Origin: Promethearchaeota archaeon
GTDB taxonomy: Archaea; Asgardarchaeota; Lokiarchaeia; Sigyniarchaeales; SOKP01
DNA length: 64,000 bases
Assembly: GCA_030603385.1 (NCBI GenBank)
Contig: JAUVXW010000004.1
Coordinates: 64,001-128,000, forward strand
Direction: 5' to 3'
In this document: piece after piece, positions 40,117 through 51,090 of the stretch
Layout of the letters: every line of letters begins with the position of its first letter
Numbering within the stretch: the stretch's first letter is position 1
The notes under the pieces: model-generated
The model's database searches: none
Seen by the model: only the letters and a program-made list of their open reading frames with translations
What the model was told of the DNA's origin: nothing
Translations under genes and position numbers: made by a program

Positions 40117-41430
40117 TTGCGTGAGAATTCATTTTATATTGAAACTTATGGCTGTGCTTCAAATAAAGCAGATTCTTATATTATTTCAACAATTTTATCA
40201 AATTCAGGTTATGTTCAAGCAAAATTAGAAGATGCTCAATTTCTAATTATTAATACGTGTGGGGTCAAGGAACAGACTGAAAACAAGATAAAGGACCGAT
40301 TGAAAAAGTTACATGAATTATATCGCAATAAATCTAATATTTATGTCATTATTGCTGGTTGTTTACCTCACATCACACCTGAATATATTAATGTTATTAA
40401 AAAGATTATCCCCTCATTTTCAGCTATTATAGATTTAGATAATTTTAAAGAACTTCCAGAAATATTCGATGAAATTAAACTTGGTAATAAAAATCGAATT
40501 TACAAATCAGAAAGATCAATTGATAAGGCAGAAATTTTAATAAATCATTCAATTGGAAAAATCACAGGAATAATACCAATTTCAGAAGGCTGTCTCGGTT
40601 CTTGCACTTATTGTTGTGTTAAGCATGTCAGAGGAAAATTATATTGCTACAATCCTAAAAATATTGTTCAAAATGTCAAATATCAATTAGAACAAGGGAT
40701 TAAACAGATTTATTTAACTTCCCAAGATTGTAGTATTTATCAATATCAAGGGGCTCAATTATCGAGTTTAATAAAAGATATTATTAATTTAGATTTTAAA
40801 TTTTATTTAAGAATTGGAATGATTAATCCAAGCTTTTTAATTAATAATACAGAACAATTAATCTCAATTTTCAAACAACCAAAAGTATATCAATTTCTAC
40901 ATATACCTATTCAATCTGGGAGTAATAAGATTCTTAAAGAGATGCAAAGAAAATATCTAATTTCTGATATCCTAGATAATCTTGAACTTTTAAGAAATGA
41001 ATTTCCTCATCTTACAATTTCCACAGATATCATATGTGGTTTTCCTGGTGAAACGGAATACGATTTCTATAGAACTATAAATTTTATTAAGTGGTTAAAG
41101 CCTGATATTCTAAATATTTCAAAATTTACTCCTAGACCTGGCACAAAAGCAAAAAACATGAAGCAGCTAGACAGTAAATTAATAAAAAAAAGGTCAATAA
41201 GGTTATCGAACGTTTTTCGGAACAGTTTAAAGCATATCAACGATAATTGGAAAGACTGGGAAGGTGAGGTTCTTCTATTACACGAAGGATCTGAGAAATC
41301 CCAAGCTTTTGGGAGAAATTTTGCTTATAAAAATGTATTTATCGATAATTATAAAGGCAAATTCGGTAAATTTGTTAACGTCAAAATAGAACGCGTTGAA
41401 GGTTTCAATTTGTTTGGAAAAATTATTTAA
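40117..41430 (+). CDS. tRNA t6A37 methylthiotransferase (archaeal MiaB-like/CDKAL1 type)
   Basis: ETYGC, INTCGV, AGCL (UPF0004), CLGSCTYC radical-SAM motif, C-terminal TRAM domain. Confidence 0.88.
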   Translation: MRENSFYIETYGCASNKADSYIISTILSNSGYVQAKLEDAQFLIINTCGVKEQTENKIKDRLKKLHELYRNKSNIYVIIAGCLPHITPEYINVIKKIIPSFSAIIDLDNFKELPEIFDEIKLGNKNRIYKSERSIDKAEILINHSIGKITGIIPISEGCLGSCTYCCVKHVRGKLYCYNPKNIVQNVKYQLEQGIKQIYLTSQDCSIYQYQGAQLSSLIKDIINLDFKFYLRIGMINPSFLINNTEQLISIFKQPKVYQFLHIPIQSGSNKILKEMQRKYLISDILDNLELLRNEFPHLTISTDIICGFPGETEYDFYRTINFIKWLKPDILNISKFTPRPGTKAKNMKQLDSKLIKKRSIRLSNVFRNSLKHINDNWKDWEGEVLLLHEGSEKSQAFGRNFAYKNVFIDNYKGKFGKFVNVKIERVEGFNLFGKII

Positions 41431-41442
41431 TAAAAAAAAAGA

Positions 41443-41640
41443 TTATTTTTTAAATCTATCTACAAGTAATTCTCCATTCGCTCCGACATTTTCAGGGGTA
41501 TTTTCGCGGATAATAATTGAAATATGAGGAAAATCTTCAGGGTATCCGTAAATTTCTTTAAATATTTTAGTAAATTGCTTAACTAGTTTTCTTTTAGTTT
41601 CTACATCTCGGGGTGGTCCTTCAATCATAATAATTGGTAT
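41443..41640 (-). CDS. 4-oxalocrotonate tautomerase family protein (apparent ATA start)
   Basis: (M)PIIMIEGP...KRKLVKQFT...ISIIIRENTPENVGANG. The Pro1 codon follows ATA 41640, 7 nt after a GAGGTGA SD. Confidence 0.75.
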   Translation of the reverse strand: MPIIMIEGPPRDVETKRKLVKQFTKIFKEIYGYPEDFPHISIIIRENTPENVGANGELLVDRFKK

Positions 41641-41762
41641 TTTTTTCTCACCTCATGATTAATAATGATGTTTTTTATATGAAAATATTTATTCTTACTA
41701 ACCCAAGTAAACTTCCTATTACTAACAATAGATTTAAATGTTATTCGTCTATAATCAAAAAT

Positions 41763-42083
41763 ATGCCATTCAAAGTTTTATTTATTGCACATGCACCTGA
41801 TGCAGATTATAAAAAACATAGAAGTGTAATTGATACTGGAATGTATAAATTGTATTCTATAGTTGTTAAAAACCAAGAAGAGGCAGTACAAGTATCCAAA
41901 GATTATTTGCAAAACGAATCAATAGAAGCTATATTATTGTGTCCTGGATTCAAACATGGTGATGTAGCTGAAATCTTTGAAGCTGTAGAAGGTAAAGCCA
42001 GTGTAAATGTAGCAAGAGGAGATGGCCCAAGTAGCAAGATTTCTGCGGAAGCTAGAAAAAGAGCAGGGTATTTTCGTTCATAA
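41763..42083 (+). CDS. DUF6506-like small protein
   Basis: FKVLFIAHAPDAD...AILLCPGF. The ATG at 41763 is preferred. Confidence 0.65.
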   Translation: MPFKVLFIAHAPDADYKKHRSVIDTGMYKLYSIVVKNQEEAVQVSKDYLQNESIEAILLCPGFKHGDVAEIFEAVEGKASVNVARGDGPSSKISAEARKRAGYFRS

Positions 42084-42130
42084 TTAAATCTTACATAATC
42101 AACAAGATAAAATAACTAATTATTTTTCAG

Positions 42131-43039
42131 TTAATCCCTTCCTAATTTAAAAGCTTCTAATGCTTTTTTAGCTATATTATCACCCCATTCTTGTACAAAA
42201 TGTCCTGCGTCTTTGATTTCCATCGGTTTGGGGCATCTTGGTATCATTCCTCTTAAAATCTCCATCATGGGTAGTCCAAGTACGGGATCTTGCATTCCGA
42301 CAGCCATAAAAGATTCTCCATTCCATTTATCTTGGAACCAATCACGAGCTCTTCTTGATATTTCAGCACCTGGAGCATCATAACTAGTTGGAACTAATTG
42401 AGGAAATCTTCTAACGCCTGCTTTATACTTAATATCAAGAAAAGGTGCATCATAAGCAACAATATCATCTTGAATTAAAATTGGTGTTGATCTTAGCATC
42501 AAGCTTCCAACATTCATATCAGGAGTTTGACTTACCCAATCTCGAAAGCCTCTAAATCCTTGAGAGATCTCAAAGTCTCCTGTCCCTAATATCGTGTTCA
42601 TTATTAGTAATTGTTTGAATTTAGTGGGGAATGTGAGAGGTAATGTAAGACCTAGAATTCCTCCCCAATCTTGACAGACAAGTGTTATATTATTTAAATC
42701 TAATTCGCTTATAAATTCGATTAGGGAATTCCTATGGAAATCAAAAGTATAAATAGCATCCTCAACAGGTTTATCAGATCTCCCAAATCCAAAATAATCA
42801 GGAGCCACAACTCGATAGCCTGCATTTAAAAAAATAGGTGCCATCTTACGGTATAGATATGCCCACGTTGGTTGCCCATGAAGGCACAAAAATACTTCAT
42901 TAGAACTTTTTGGACCTTCATCAATGTAATGCATTCTCAAATCTTCAAATCCTTTAAGATTATCAATGTAATGGGGTTTATAAGGGAAGTTAGGAAGATT
43001 CTTAAATCTTTCATCAGGTGTTCTTACAAAATCAATCAT
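42131..43039 (-). CDS. Haloalkane dehalogenase (alpha/beta hydrolase)
   Basis: RTPDERF, LHGQPTW, GFGRSDKP, CQDWGG, AGHFVQE. Confidence 0.9.
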   Translation of the reverse strand: MIDFVRTPDERFKNLPNFPYKPHYIDNLKGFEDLRMHYIDEGPKSSNEVFLCLHGQPTWAYLYRKMAPIFLNAGYRVVAPDYFGFGRSDKPVEDAIYTFDFHRNSLIEFISELDLNNITLVCQDWGGILGLTLPLTFPTKFKQLLIMNTILGTGDFEISQGFRGFRDWVSQTPDMNVGSLMLRSTPILIQDDIVAYDAPFLDIKYKAGVRRFPQLVPTSYDAPGAEISRRARDWFQDKWNGESFMAVGMQDPVLGLPMMEILRGMIPRCPKPMEIKDAGHFVQEWGDNIAKKALEAFKLGRD

Positions 43040-43143
43040 CTAAAACCAACTCCTTATTATATTTTATGTATCTTATAATTTGAAATACGTTAGAATATTA
43101 ATTGATATATTCTAATATTAATCTTTTCAAGAGATATCAAGAA

Positions 43144-44325
43144 ATGACTAAAAAATTATATTGGGAATCTCCCTATGAAACTAAGTTTACAGCAAAAGTA
43201 ATATCAATTAAAGAGTCTGGTTTTGTACTTGATAAAACCTTGTTTTATCCAGAAAGTGGTAATCAGGTAAGCGATCATGGTAATTTGAAAATTAAAAAGT
43301 TTAGATTTAAGATTGATGAAGTAACAAAACAAGGAGATGATATTATGCATCATATTACTGTCCCCTATAAAGACAAAATCAACATTGGAGATAAAGTGGA
43401 GGGTGAAATAGATTGGGAATATCGATATGGTTTGATGAAAGCTCACTCATCTCAGCACGTATTTTCAGCGGTTCTAAAAAATACAAATGATATTGATACA
43501 ATGCGTGCAAATCTTAATCATGAAGAAGTATTCCTTCAAACGTCTCAAAATTTAGATTATGAACAATTAAAAGAAATATTATATAAAGTAAATAACATTT
43601 GCACTTCAAAAAACTATAAAATAAGCGCAGAGATTATTCCTCTTATCAAGGCTCAAGAAATAGCTAATAAGATAAGAAGTCAAATTCCGAAAGAACCTCA
43701 AGTTCGCTTAATGGAGATTGAGAATCTAGATCTAGTGTGTTGTGGAGGAACTCATGTTCAAAATACGACAGAAATAGGCTGTCTATTCATCTATGATTTT
43801 AAAAAAGGGAATGAGATTAGATATTATGTAGGAAACAAAGCAACCCTGAATAGTTCAAATATTAATGTTAACCTGATTAATTTAGCTAATAGTTTAAACA
43901 TACCCATTTTAAAAATACGAGAGATCGTCAAAAAACGTTTGGAACTCCTTGAAGATATTCAAAATCAACAGAAAGATTTATCCTATAAGTTCTTGGATGC
44001 TATTTCAAAAACACCTTATAAAGTAATTAATAATACATCTTTGTTTTATCTTGAGTTTGATATTGATATAAAAATTCTAAATAAATCCATAAGTATCTTT
44101 CCTCAAAATTCTCTTATTATTGTATTGATGGGAAATAATAGGTTAAGATTACTTTCCTTGAATGAAAGTATAGATGCAAATAAGATTTTACAAAATATAA
44201 TTCAGAAATATGATGGTAAAGGAGGGGGAAATTCTAAATCTGCCCAGGCTGTTATAGGAAAAATGCCTGAAGATCTCTTATTTGAGATAGAACAATTAAT
44301 CAATAAAGAATTAGTAGTAAAATAA
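43144..44325 (+). CDS. Alanyl-tRNA editing protein (AlaX-L-like) with DHHA1 domain
   Basis: LDKTLFYPESGNQ, HSSQH, CGGTH, GKGGGN..AQ. Confidence 0.82.
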   Translation: MTKKLYWESPYETKFTAKVISIKESGFVLDKTLFYPESGNQVSDHGNLKIKKFRFKIDEVTKQGDDIMHHITVPYKDKINIGDKVEGEIDWEYRYGLMKAHSSQHVFSAVLKNTNDIDTMRANLNHEEVFLQTSQNLDYEQLKEILYKVNNICTSKNYKISAEIIPLIKAQEIANKIRSQIPKEPQVRLMEIENLDLVCCGGTHVQNTTEIGCLFIYDFKKGNEIRYYVGNKATLNSSNINVNLINLANSLNIPILKIREIVKKRLELLEDIQNQQKDLSYKFLDAISKTPYKVINNTSLFYLEFDIDIKILNKSISIFPQNSLIIVLMGNNRLRLLSLNESIDANKILQNIIQKYDGKGGGNSKSAQAVIGKMPEDLLFEIEQLINKELVVK

Positions 44326-44335
44326 AAAGTAAGGA

Positions 44336-45223
44336 TTATTTTAACCCGTGCTTCTCTAAAAAGGCTGTTAACCTGATACGATGGAATTTTAATCCTAAAT
44401 CATCCGGATTTTCACCAAAAGCAAGGGCTAATAATTCAGTTATATATAACACAGGTAAACCAAAAGTCTTGTTATCTATTTTTTCTGCTTTTTTCTGGTT
44501 ACTATCAAATTGTTGATAACACGCAGGACAATTTACAATCATAACTTCTGCGCCAGCATTCATAGCACTCGTTAATTTATTTGATAATATTTGCATAGCG
44601 GGTTCTTCTTCCGTATTGCCAACGCCAGTACCGCAGCATAGCATTTCTTCTTCATAATCAACTGGAATCGCACCTGCTGCCGCCACAATTTCTCTCAATT
44701 TAACAGGTTTCATAGGATCATCGGTTTGTACTTTTTCGGAAGGTCTATTATAATGACAACCTGTATGGCACGCAACCTTTAGACCAGATAAATCTTTTTT
44801 AACAAATTCTTTAATTTTTTCTGCTCCAAGTTCATGTAAAACTTCTACAAAATGCTTCACATTGATTGTACCTTTAAATTCTCTTCCGACGGTTTTTAAT
44901 AATTTATTTATTTTCTCTTTTTCATGATCATCATGTTTTAATTCTTCATTAACAAGTTTAAGAGTTTGAAAACATCCATTACATAAAGAGATAATATTCT
45001 TTCCTTCTTCTTCGGCAATGGTTAGGTTTCTTGCACCCATCGCTAACCAGCTAAGATGATCAGTGCTATTGAAACCAACTGGATCTGGACAACATGCAAA
45101 TGCAGCATCAGAAGTGTTAATTCCTAATTTATCAAAAACTTTTCTTGCAGATGCCTCAATAAACGGAATTCGATTACCAATGACGCATCCTTGAAACATC
45201 TTGTATTCTTCAGCTTTAGCCAT
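44336..45223 (-). CDS. hdrB: Heterodisulfide reductase subunit B
   Basis: FQGC, CCPDP, LCNGC, HTGCH, CCG and CPAC..QFD CCG motifs. Confidence 0.9.
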   Translation of the reverse strand: MAKAEEYKMFQGCVIGNRIPFIEASARKVFDKLGINTSDAAFACCPDPVGFNSTDHLSWLAMGARNLTIAEEEGKNIISLCNGCFQTLKLVNEELKHDDHEKEKINKLLKTVGREFKGTINVKHFVEVLHELGAEKIKEFVKKDLSGLKVACHTGCHYNRPSEKVQTDDPMKPVKLREIVAAAGAIPVDYEEEMLCCGTGVGNTEEEPAMQILSNKLTSAMNAGAEVMIVNCPACYQQFDSNQKKAEKIDNKTFGLPVLYITELLALAFGENPDDLGLKFHRIRLTAFLEKHGLK

Positions 45224-45389
45224 AATATTTACACTTTTTTAGAGTTAATTTTAGTAAATTAGTGTTTGTATTACTTAATATTTAGATCTATTAAGAATTA
45301 ATTAAAAAATTTGTTAAATAATTCAATAAGTTCTATATTACACACAAGAATAAAATAAATATAGAAAAAAATAGAAAAAATTTTGTCGT

Positions 45390-45821
45390 TTAATCTTTCT
45401 TTAACTTAATTCGTGCAAGTATTGTAAGAAATATACCCAAGAAACCATAACTACCGTGGACTATTCCTGAAACGATTCCTTCTACCTCTTCGACTATTGA
45501 TCCCTCAAATATACCTGAAATAAAAAAGATTATCAGACTAATTAAACCCATACCAGCACCTAGACTAATTAGGAATTTTCCCAATCTATAATGATCCATC
45601 GCAACAATAAGAGCTCCTGTGATAATAGATATTCCTCCTCCCATTGCTACATATCCTAAGACCTGTATAACAAGGGATACAATCTTAGCTACATCTTCTC
45701 CAACATCAGCCTCAATTAAATCAAAAAGTGTTTCGAAAAATGCAATACTCCCCACAACGGAACTAATAATCATTAAAATTCCGCCGATTATACATAGTAG
45801 AATCCATTTTTTGTTTTCCAT
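45390..45821 (-). CDS. Hypothetical 4-TM membrane protein
   Basis: Paralog of the N-terminus of 47008-47631 (IIGGILMI.SS.VGSI). Confidence 0.75.
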   Translation of the reverse strand: MENKKWILLCIIGGILMIISSVVGSIAFFETLFDLIEADVGEDVAKIVSLVIQVLGYVAMGGGISIITGALIVAMDHYRLGKFLISLGAGMGLISLIIFFISGIFEGSIVEEVEGIVSGIVHGSYGFLGIFLTILARIKLKKD

Positions 45822-45947
45822 TATTTTTTAAACCTCTTAGATTTAGATTTATGTAATTTTAATTGTATGATTAAAATTTAAAAGCTTTTTCTATAATTTA
45901 AAAGTCTTAAAAAAATAGCTTTTTCTAAGATATAAAACGTGGGAAAA

Positions 45948-46763
45948 TTAGGTTTCAATTCTTTCCGGATGAGTATATATATTCATTCTAGCTCCACGTG
46001 CAAAACCTATTAATGTGATTCCATAAGCAAAAGCTAATCTAATACCCGATTCTATTGCCGCTGAGAATGAGGCTACAATAGGAATTTTGGCCTGTATCGC
46101 TTTTAAAACTGAATCACTTGTTAATCGACCGGTTGATGTTAAAAAAACGTTTTCAAAGCTATGCTTTTTCAGCAGCATTTCACCAATTACTTTATCAATT
46201 GCGTTATGCCTACCAATATCTTCTTTTACAGCTAGTAAATTTCCTTCATTATCAAAAATAGCAGCACCGTGACATCCACCTGTTTCTCTATATAAAGGAG
46301 TAGCTAGTTGCATCTTTTTAATAGCAGAAAAAATTACATCTGAATTAATTTTTATTGATCCCTTAGACTTCAATTCTTCTTTAACATTAGCACTGTCTAA
46401 ACTGTTTTTAATTACTTTCCGCCAAGGTGAGGGAATACCACAGGTTGTATCAACAACTCTGCTTACTGGATTCATATCAATATCTTCAATTTTAAAGTCT
46501 ACCGTATTTTGTAATTCGATAAAAATATTATTTTCTAATTCTGCTATTTTTATTTCTTTAACGTCATTAACGGAATTTATAATCCCTACAGAAAATAAAA
46601 ATCCAAATGCTAATTCTTTAAGGTCCTTAGGTAAACAGATGATATTTACCAGTGGTTCTGAATCAATAAATATATCAACAGGGCTTTCGATAAGAACGAT
46701 ATCTTGTAGATCTTCTTTTTCTTTTTTTTTAATTCTAGTGATATTTACTTTCCGCTTGAACAA
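45948..46763 (-). CDS. fdhD: Formate dehydrogenase accessory sulfurtransferase FdhD
   Basis: TTCG, TGGCHGAA, EDIGRHNAIDK, TGRL, TLIGFARG...IYTHPERI. Confidence 0.92.
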   Translation of the reverse strand: MFKRKVNITRIKKKEKEDLQDIVLIESPVDIFIDSEPLVNIICLPKDLKELAFGFLFSVGIINSVNDVKEIKIAELENNIFIELQNTVDFKIEDIDMNPVSRVVDTTCGIPSPWRKVIKNSLDSANVKEELKSKGSIKINSDVIFSAIKKMQLATPLYRETGGCHGAAIFDNEGNLLAVKEDIGRHNAIDKVIGEMLLKKHSFENVFLTSTGRLTSDSVLKAIQAKIPIVASFSAAIESGIRLAFAYGITLIGFARGARMNIYTHPERIET

Positions 46764-47007
46764 AGTTTCGACCTATATCTAATTCTCTAAATTATTTTAT
46801 AAACAGTAATCTAAAATAGTTATTGAAACATAAATTTTAAAAAAATCTTTTATCCATTATAAATTTGTAAAGTAAAATTGAATTAAAAAAAAAGTCATTT
46901 AATTTTGGCTTCTTTTGTGAGATTTCTTTCTCTTTTCAACAAGAATAATTGTTAATATTAACTATAAATATGGGAAGCAGTTAAAAATAGAAAGTTAAAC
47001 ACTTTTA

Positions 47008-47631
47008 TCAATTTTCAAAACTGCTTCCACAGCTATTACAGAAAAGTGCATTTATAGGTAGTTCAACACCACAATTGGGGCAAAACTTATTCTCTGAAGT
47101 TATTGGTTGGGTAGATTCCCCCTCTTCCTCACTAATCTCCGTCGTTTTGGATTCTTCTTTTGCTTCTTTTTCCTTTTTTGGTTTTTTAATAAACATACGT
47201 CCAACAACTGCTGATGCAACACCTATAAATTGTAAACTGGCACCATAGGTAAAAAATCCTTTAAGTCTGGCTAAATAACTCAAAATCTGTGGATCGGAGA
47301 TAACATCTGTAGCATCTACAATTTTTGAAATCAGCCATATTATCAATGCAAGCGATCCAAAAGTTAATCCAATACCAACTATCCATTTTCCTACCCTAAT
47401 CTGATTCAACATTATTAAAAATGCTCCAACTATAATTGCTCCGCCACCCCAGTCTGCGATAAATCTGATTATAGTTAATATTATTTCTAGTAATGGTCTT
47501 AAATCTGGATCTACTTCAGTAGATATCATGTCATATAGAAATTCATAAATTCCGATACTCCCAACTGCAGAACTTAAAATCATTAGTATTCCACCAATGA
47601 TCAATAAGATGATTCCAGTTTTATGCTTCAT
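47008..47631 (-). CDS. 4-TM membrane protein with C-terminal double zinc ribbon
   Basis: TM segments followed by FCPNCG...FCNSCG. Confidence 0.78.
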   Translation of the reverse strand: MKHKTGIILLIIGGILMILSSAVGSIGIYEFLYDMISTEVDPDLRPLLEIILTIIRFIADWGGGAIIVGAFLIMLNQIRVGKWIVGIGLTFGSLALIIWLISKIVDATDVISDPQILSYLARLKGFFTYGASLQFIGVASAVVGRMFIKKPKKEKEAKEESKTTEISEEEGESTQPITSENKFCPNCGVELPINALFCNSCGSSFEN

Positions 47632-47774
47632 ATTATTATTATCTCATTATCGTTTTTAATCTAATAATTATTATACATCCATTAAAAATAATTAATATTA
47701 TTGTTATTATTAATCATAATCAATAAGGAATATCGAAATAAAATTTATAAAATGAGAATACAAATTCAAAAATT

Positions 47775-48626
47775 TTAGGCAGCGATAAATAATCTGCCAT
47801 TAGAACTATTTGAGATTTCTCCAGTTTTTTTATCAATTTTAGAATGATTTTTTTCAACAGAATGATCTCCACTATATTCGATAAATTTTCCAGTTATCTT
47901 TTCTCCGCTCATTAAAACAATTTCTTTTACTTCACCGATTTTCTTATAGGAGGGAAGTATTCTTGACACTTTACCTTTAACTACAATTGTACCTCTGACT
48001 TGGTCTGCGCCTGCACATCGATTGCAGTTCCCCTCAACAATAATGGTCCCTCCATGACTGTGAATTCCTAATAGGGATCCAGCACTTCCACAAATCAATG
48101 TTGGGAATCTTTTTCCGGGTTTTGAGCCGTTTACCCAAGTTAAAGCTTCGTCACCTATTTTACCATGAACTTTTATTGTTCCATTTTGCATTCCTTTCCA
48201 AAAGCCTCTATAAGCAGCACCAACATAATGACCGGCATCTCCAGTAATCTCTAATTCACCACCATTTAACATTGCGCCAGCCCAATCATCAGCATTCCCA
48301 TTAACTAGTATTTTACCACCCGTCATTTTGTTGCCAACATGCATACCCACATTTCCATTTACAACAATTTCACCCGCACTCATCTTTTCACCGATGCGTT
48401 TGACATTGGAAAGATTGCCCTCTATAACGACTTTTAAATCAGCTATTTCTCCCGATTTTCCGGATATATCAAAAAAATCTCCTAAAGATTTTTCTTCATT
48501 ACCATGGAAAACTGTTAACTTCTTGATATCTGTTAAGGTTTTTCCAGCGAATTGATCTGGGCTAATAACATCTGCTTCTAAGGGAAATTCAGATTCTTTC
48601 TTTAGCTTTAATTTAATTTCGGTCAT
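47775..48626 (-). CDS. fwdC: Formylmethanofuran dehydrogenase subunit C
   Basis: PLEADVISPD and GXGXG beta-helix repeats, in an fwd operon. Confidence 0.9.
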   Translation of the reverse strand: MTEIKLKLKKESEFPLEADVISPDQFAGKTLTDIKKLTVFHGNEEKSLGDFFDISGKSGEIADLKVVIEGNLSNVKRIGEKMSAGEIVVNGNVGMHVGNKMTGGKILVNGNADDWAGAMLNGGELEITGDAGHYVGAAYRGFWKGMQNGTIKVHGKIGDEALTWVNGSKPGKRFPTLICGSAGSLLGIHSHGGTIIVEGNCNRCAGADQVRGTIVVKGKVSRILPSYKKIGEVKEIVLMSGEKITGKFIEYSGDHSVEKNHSKIDKKTGEISNSSNGRLFIAA

Positions 48627-48629
48627 AAT

Positions 48630-49961
48630 TTACATCCCCTTTTTCTTTTTTACTACTTCAACTAATCTTTCTAGAATCTCTTTATCTGTTAAACAATCTC
48701 CAGGAGCATCTTTCACTTTTCTCAATCTGATCGGAACATTATCCATTCGATATGCTGTACCTTCACATTCAATTCCTGCAATAGCGGGAGGTAATATAAC
48801 ATCAGCATTCACAGAAGTCGGAGTATGATGCGGTTCAATTGATATTAAAGGATGTTTAAACATGTTTTTTACTGCTGCTGCTGGAAAATTGCTTGCAGGA
48901 TCGGATGCTACTATTAAAGATGCATCAATTTCATTTCTAATTAGTACATCAACAGATGAAAATTCTCCCGGATTATATCGGGGATATCCTTTTGAAAAAT
49001 CAATAGAATATGAATATCCTGTTTGCCATGTGAATACTTGATTTGCTCCAGCAACATTATAGTGCCCTCTCATTGGAGTTAATAAAAATTTCGTATAATC
49101 ATTTAATTCCCTTACTAAACAAATTGCTGCATCGACATTTCTATGGTGTGAAAGAGATTGTGTTAAACCCATCCCGAAAAAGATAACACCAAAGTTACAG
49201 GTTTTTAATTTGTTTACCAATTCAATAATATTTTCCATCGGAACTCCAGAAATTTCTTTGCTGTCTAATTCGGTACCCCTAAGAATGGCTCTAATTGCGT
49301 TTAATAATTCATAATCTTCACTTGGTTTTACTTGAACGAATAAATCCGCTATTTGAGCAGTGTGAAAATTTCTAGGATCAACAACTATTATAAATCTATC
49401 ATTTCTTCCATCTTTTCTAAAATATCCTCTTACAAACTCACTATATCTACTAAGATGTCTCGGATGAGCATGAACAGGATTACAACCCCAAAAAACTATA
49501 AGATCTGCTCTATTCTTATATTCCCCTAAAGTTGAGGTGGGGGCTCCAACATCTTGAATTGCTAATAATGATGGACCATGACATACAGAAGCAGTATTAT
49601 CTAATACAGCACCTAAAATTTCTGCTAATTCAACTCCTTTACCTTGAGCCTCACATTCAGTACTAGAAAATCCATATAGCAACGGTCTTTTAGCTTTTAC
49701 TAAGATATCCGCTGCTTTATTTAGTGCTTCATCCCAAGATACTTCCTTAAAAGAACCATTATATTTAATTAAAGGTTTTTCATATCGATGATCACTAGGA
49801 TTTGAAGCAAAATATTTTTTAGCACCTATTTGGCAGCCGTTTCTAACTTCTATAACTTTGTTTTCTTTAATATCAACATCTACTTCCAAATCATCACATA
49901 AAGTTCCACAAAAAGGACAAACTACATCTGTGATTGTATTGATTTTTTCTACCATATTCAA
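48630..49961 (-). CDS. fwdB: Formylmethanofuran dehydrogenase subunit B
   Basis: CPFCGTLCDD, VCHGP, NPVHAHPRH, PMRGHYNV, YRMDNVP. Confidence 0.93.
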   Translation of the reverse strand: MNMVEKINTITDVVCPFCGTLCDDLEVDVDIKENKVIEVRNGCQIGAKKYFASNPSDHRYEKPLIKYNGSFKEVSWDEALNKAADILVKAKRPLLYGFSSTECEAQGKGVELAEILGAVLDNTASVCHGPSLLAIQDVGAPTSTLGEYKNRADLIVFWGCNPVHAHPRHLSRYSEFVRGYFRKDGRNDRFIIVVDPRNFHTAQIADLFVQVKPSEDYELLNAIRAILRGTELDSKEISGVPMENIIELVNKLKTCNFGVIFFGMGLTQSLSHHRNVDAAICLVRELNDYTKFLLTPMRGHYNVAGANQVFTWQTGYSYSIDFSKGYPRYNPGEFSSVDVLIRNEIDASLIVASDPASNFPAAAVKNMFKHPLISIEPHHTPTSVNADVILPPAIAGIECEGTAYRMDNVPIRLRKVKDAPGDCLTDKEILERLVEVVKKKKGM

Positions 49962-50353
49962 GCCTCCTTTAATGTATTTATTAATTCTACTGCGCCTAAT
50001 ACTTTGCCATTTGGAATTGCTTCAACAGTTGCTTTCATACCTTTATAAGTCGGCGTTCCACAAGATTGTGAATCAGGATTTACAACTTGATTAGCCCATG
50101 GGCCCATAGGTATGAAAATAATTCCTGGATGAGGTCCTTCTTCTGATATTGTAGAATAAACTAAAACCTCACCAAAATCAGTAGCAACTTTTATCGGAGT
50201 TCCTACAAGACAATCTAGTTTCTTAAAATCTTCTTTATCAAATGCACAGATCGCAGCAGCACGTACACTTTCTCTAGATACTTTCCCGCCTTCAAGTGCA
50301 ACACCTTGATCTATTGTTCGACATGTAATTAATATTAAATTATTCATACTCAT
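49958..50353 (-). CDS. fwdD: Formylmethanofuran dehydrogenase subunit D
   Basis: LITCRTIDQG, IFIPMGPWAN, GTPTYKG. Confidence 0.9.
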   Translation of the reverse strand: MSMNNLILITCRTIDQGVALEGGKVSRESVRAAAICAFDKEDFKKLDCLVGTPIKVATDFGEVLVYSTISEEGPHPGIIFIPMGPWANQVVNPDSQSCGTPTYKGMKATVEAIPNGKVLGAVELINTLKEA

Positions 50354-50357
50354 TTTT

Positions 50358-51080
50358 CTATTCCTCCTTCTCTGCTTCACTCCATCGTAAAGTTTTTAAT
50401 CGTTCCAAAAGCGGTTCCCAAAACATTTTACTAAATTCTCCTGATGTTTTAACATCAGTAATCTCTAATTTAACCGCTCCCGTAGGACAACCATTGTCAC
50501 AAGAACCACAGAAAACGCATTTCTCTTCATCTACAGCCACATTTGGGACGGACTCCCATCCTTTATCTGATTTTTCTGGAACAGATATTGCCCCTGACGG
50601 ACATACCTCATAGCAAGTTTGACATCCACCAGGACATTCTTCATCAACGATGCTTATTTTCCCATCTGTATATTGTTTAACAACTCTTTCAATATCATTA
50701 TAACTAGCAATCTTTTTTGCTTCAAATTCCAATTTAGGAACAACATGTTCTTTTACTATTTGGATATCGTTTAGCTCAATGACTTCACCATCTTTTTTTA
50801 ATGTCAGGGCACTAAAAGGACACATATATACACAAGTTCCGCAGAAAACACAAGCTTCAGGGTCATATATCTCAGGTATTATATCTTCTAAAGTTGGAAA
50901 ACGACGGGATGTACCAACAGGGCCTCGTGAAATTGCGTCTTTGGGACAAACCCGGGCGCAAGTTCCGCAACCAATACATTTGGTTTTATCTAATATTAAT
51001 TCTAAACTTTCAGTAAGGAATTGAACTTTTACATGCTCTATCTCTTTACTAATTGATCTTGAAATTTTTGGAAATGAAAT
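50358..51080 (-). CDS. Polyferredoxin, FwdF-like (apparent ATT start)
   Basis: The frame stays open upstream of the track start to ATT 51080, 6 nt after GAGGTG. Four 4Fe-4S motifs (CIGCGTCARVCP, CVFCGTCVYMCP, CPGGCQTCYEVCP, CVFCGSCDNGCP). Confidence 0.8.
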   Translation of the reverse strand: MSFPKISRSISKEIEHVKVQFLTESLELILDKTKCIGCGTCARVCPKDAISRGPVGTSRRFPTLEDIIPEIYDPEACVFCGTCVYMCPFSALTLKKDGEVIELNDIQIVKEHVVPKLEFEAKKIASYNDIERVVKQYTDGKISIVDEECPGGCQTCYEVCPSGAISVPEKSDKGWESVPNVAVDEEKCVFCGSCDNGCPTGAVKLEITDVKTSGEFSKMFWEPLLERLKTLRWSEAEKEE

Positions 51081-51090
51081 TTAAAACACC

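Noticed and set aside
49570-49590. Selenocysteine in FwdB
   Set aside because: The metal-ligand codon is TGT (Cys). No in-frame TGA was noticed in the fwd or hdrB genes.
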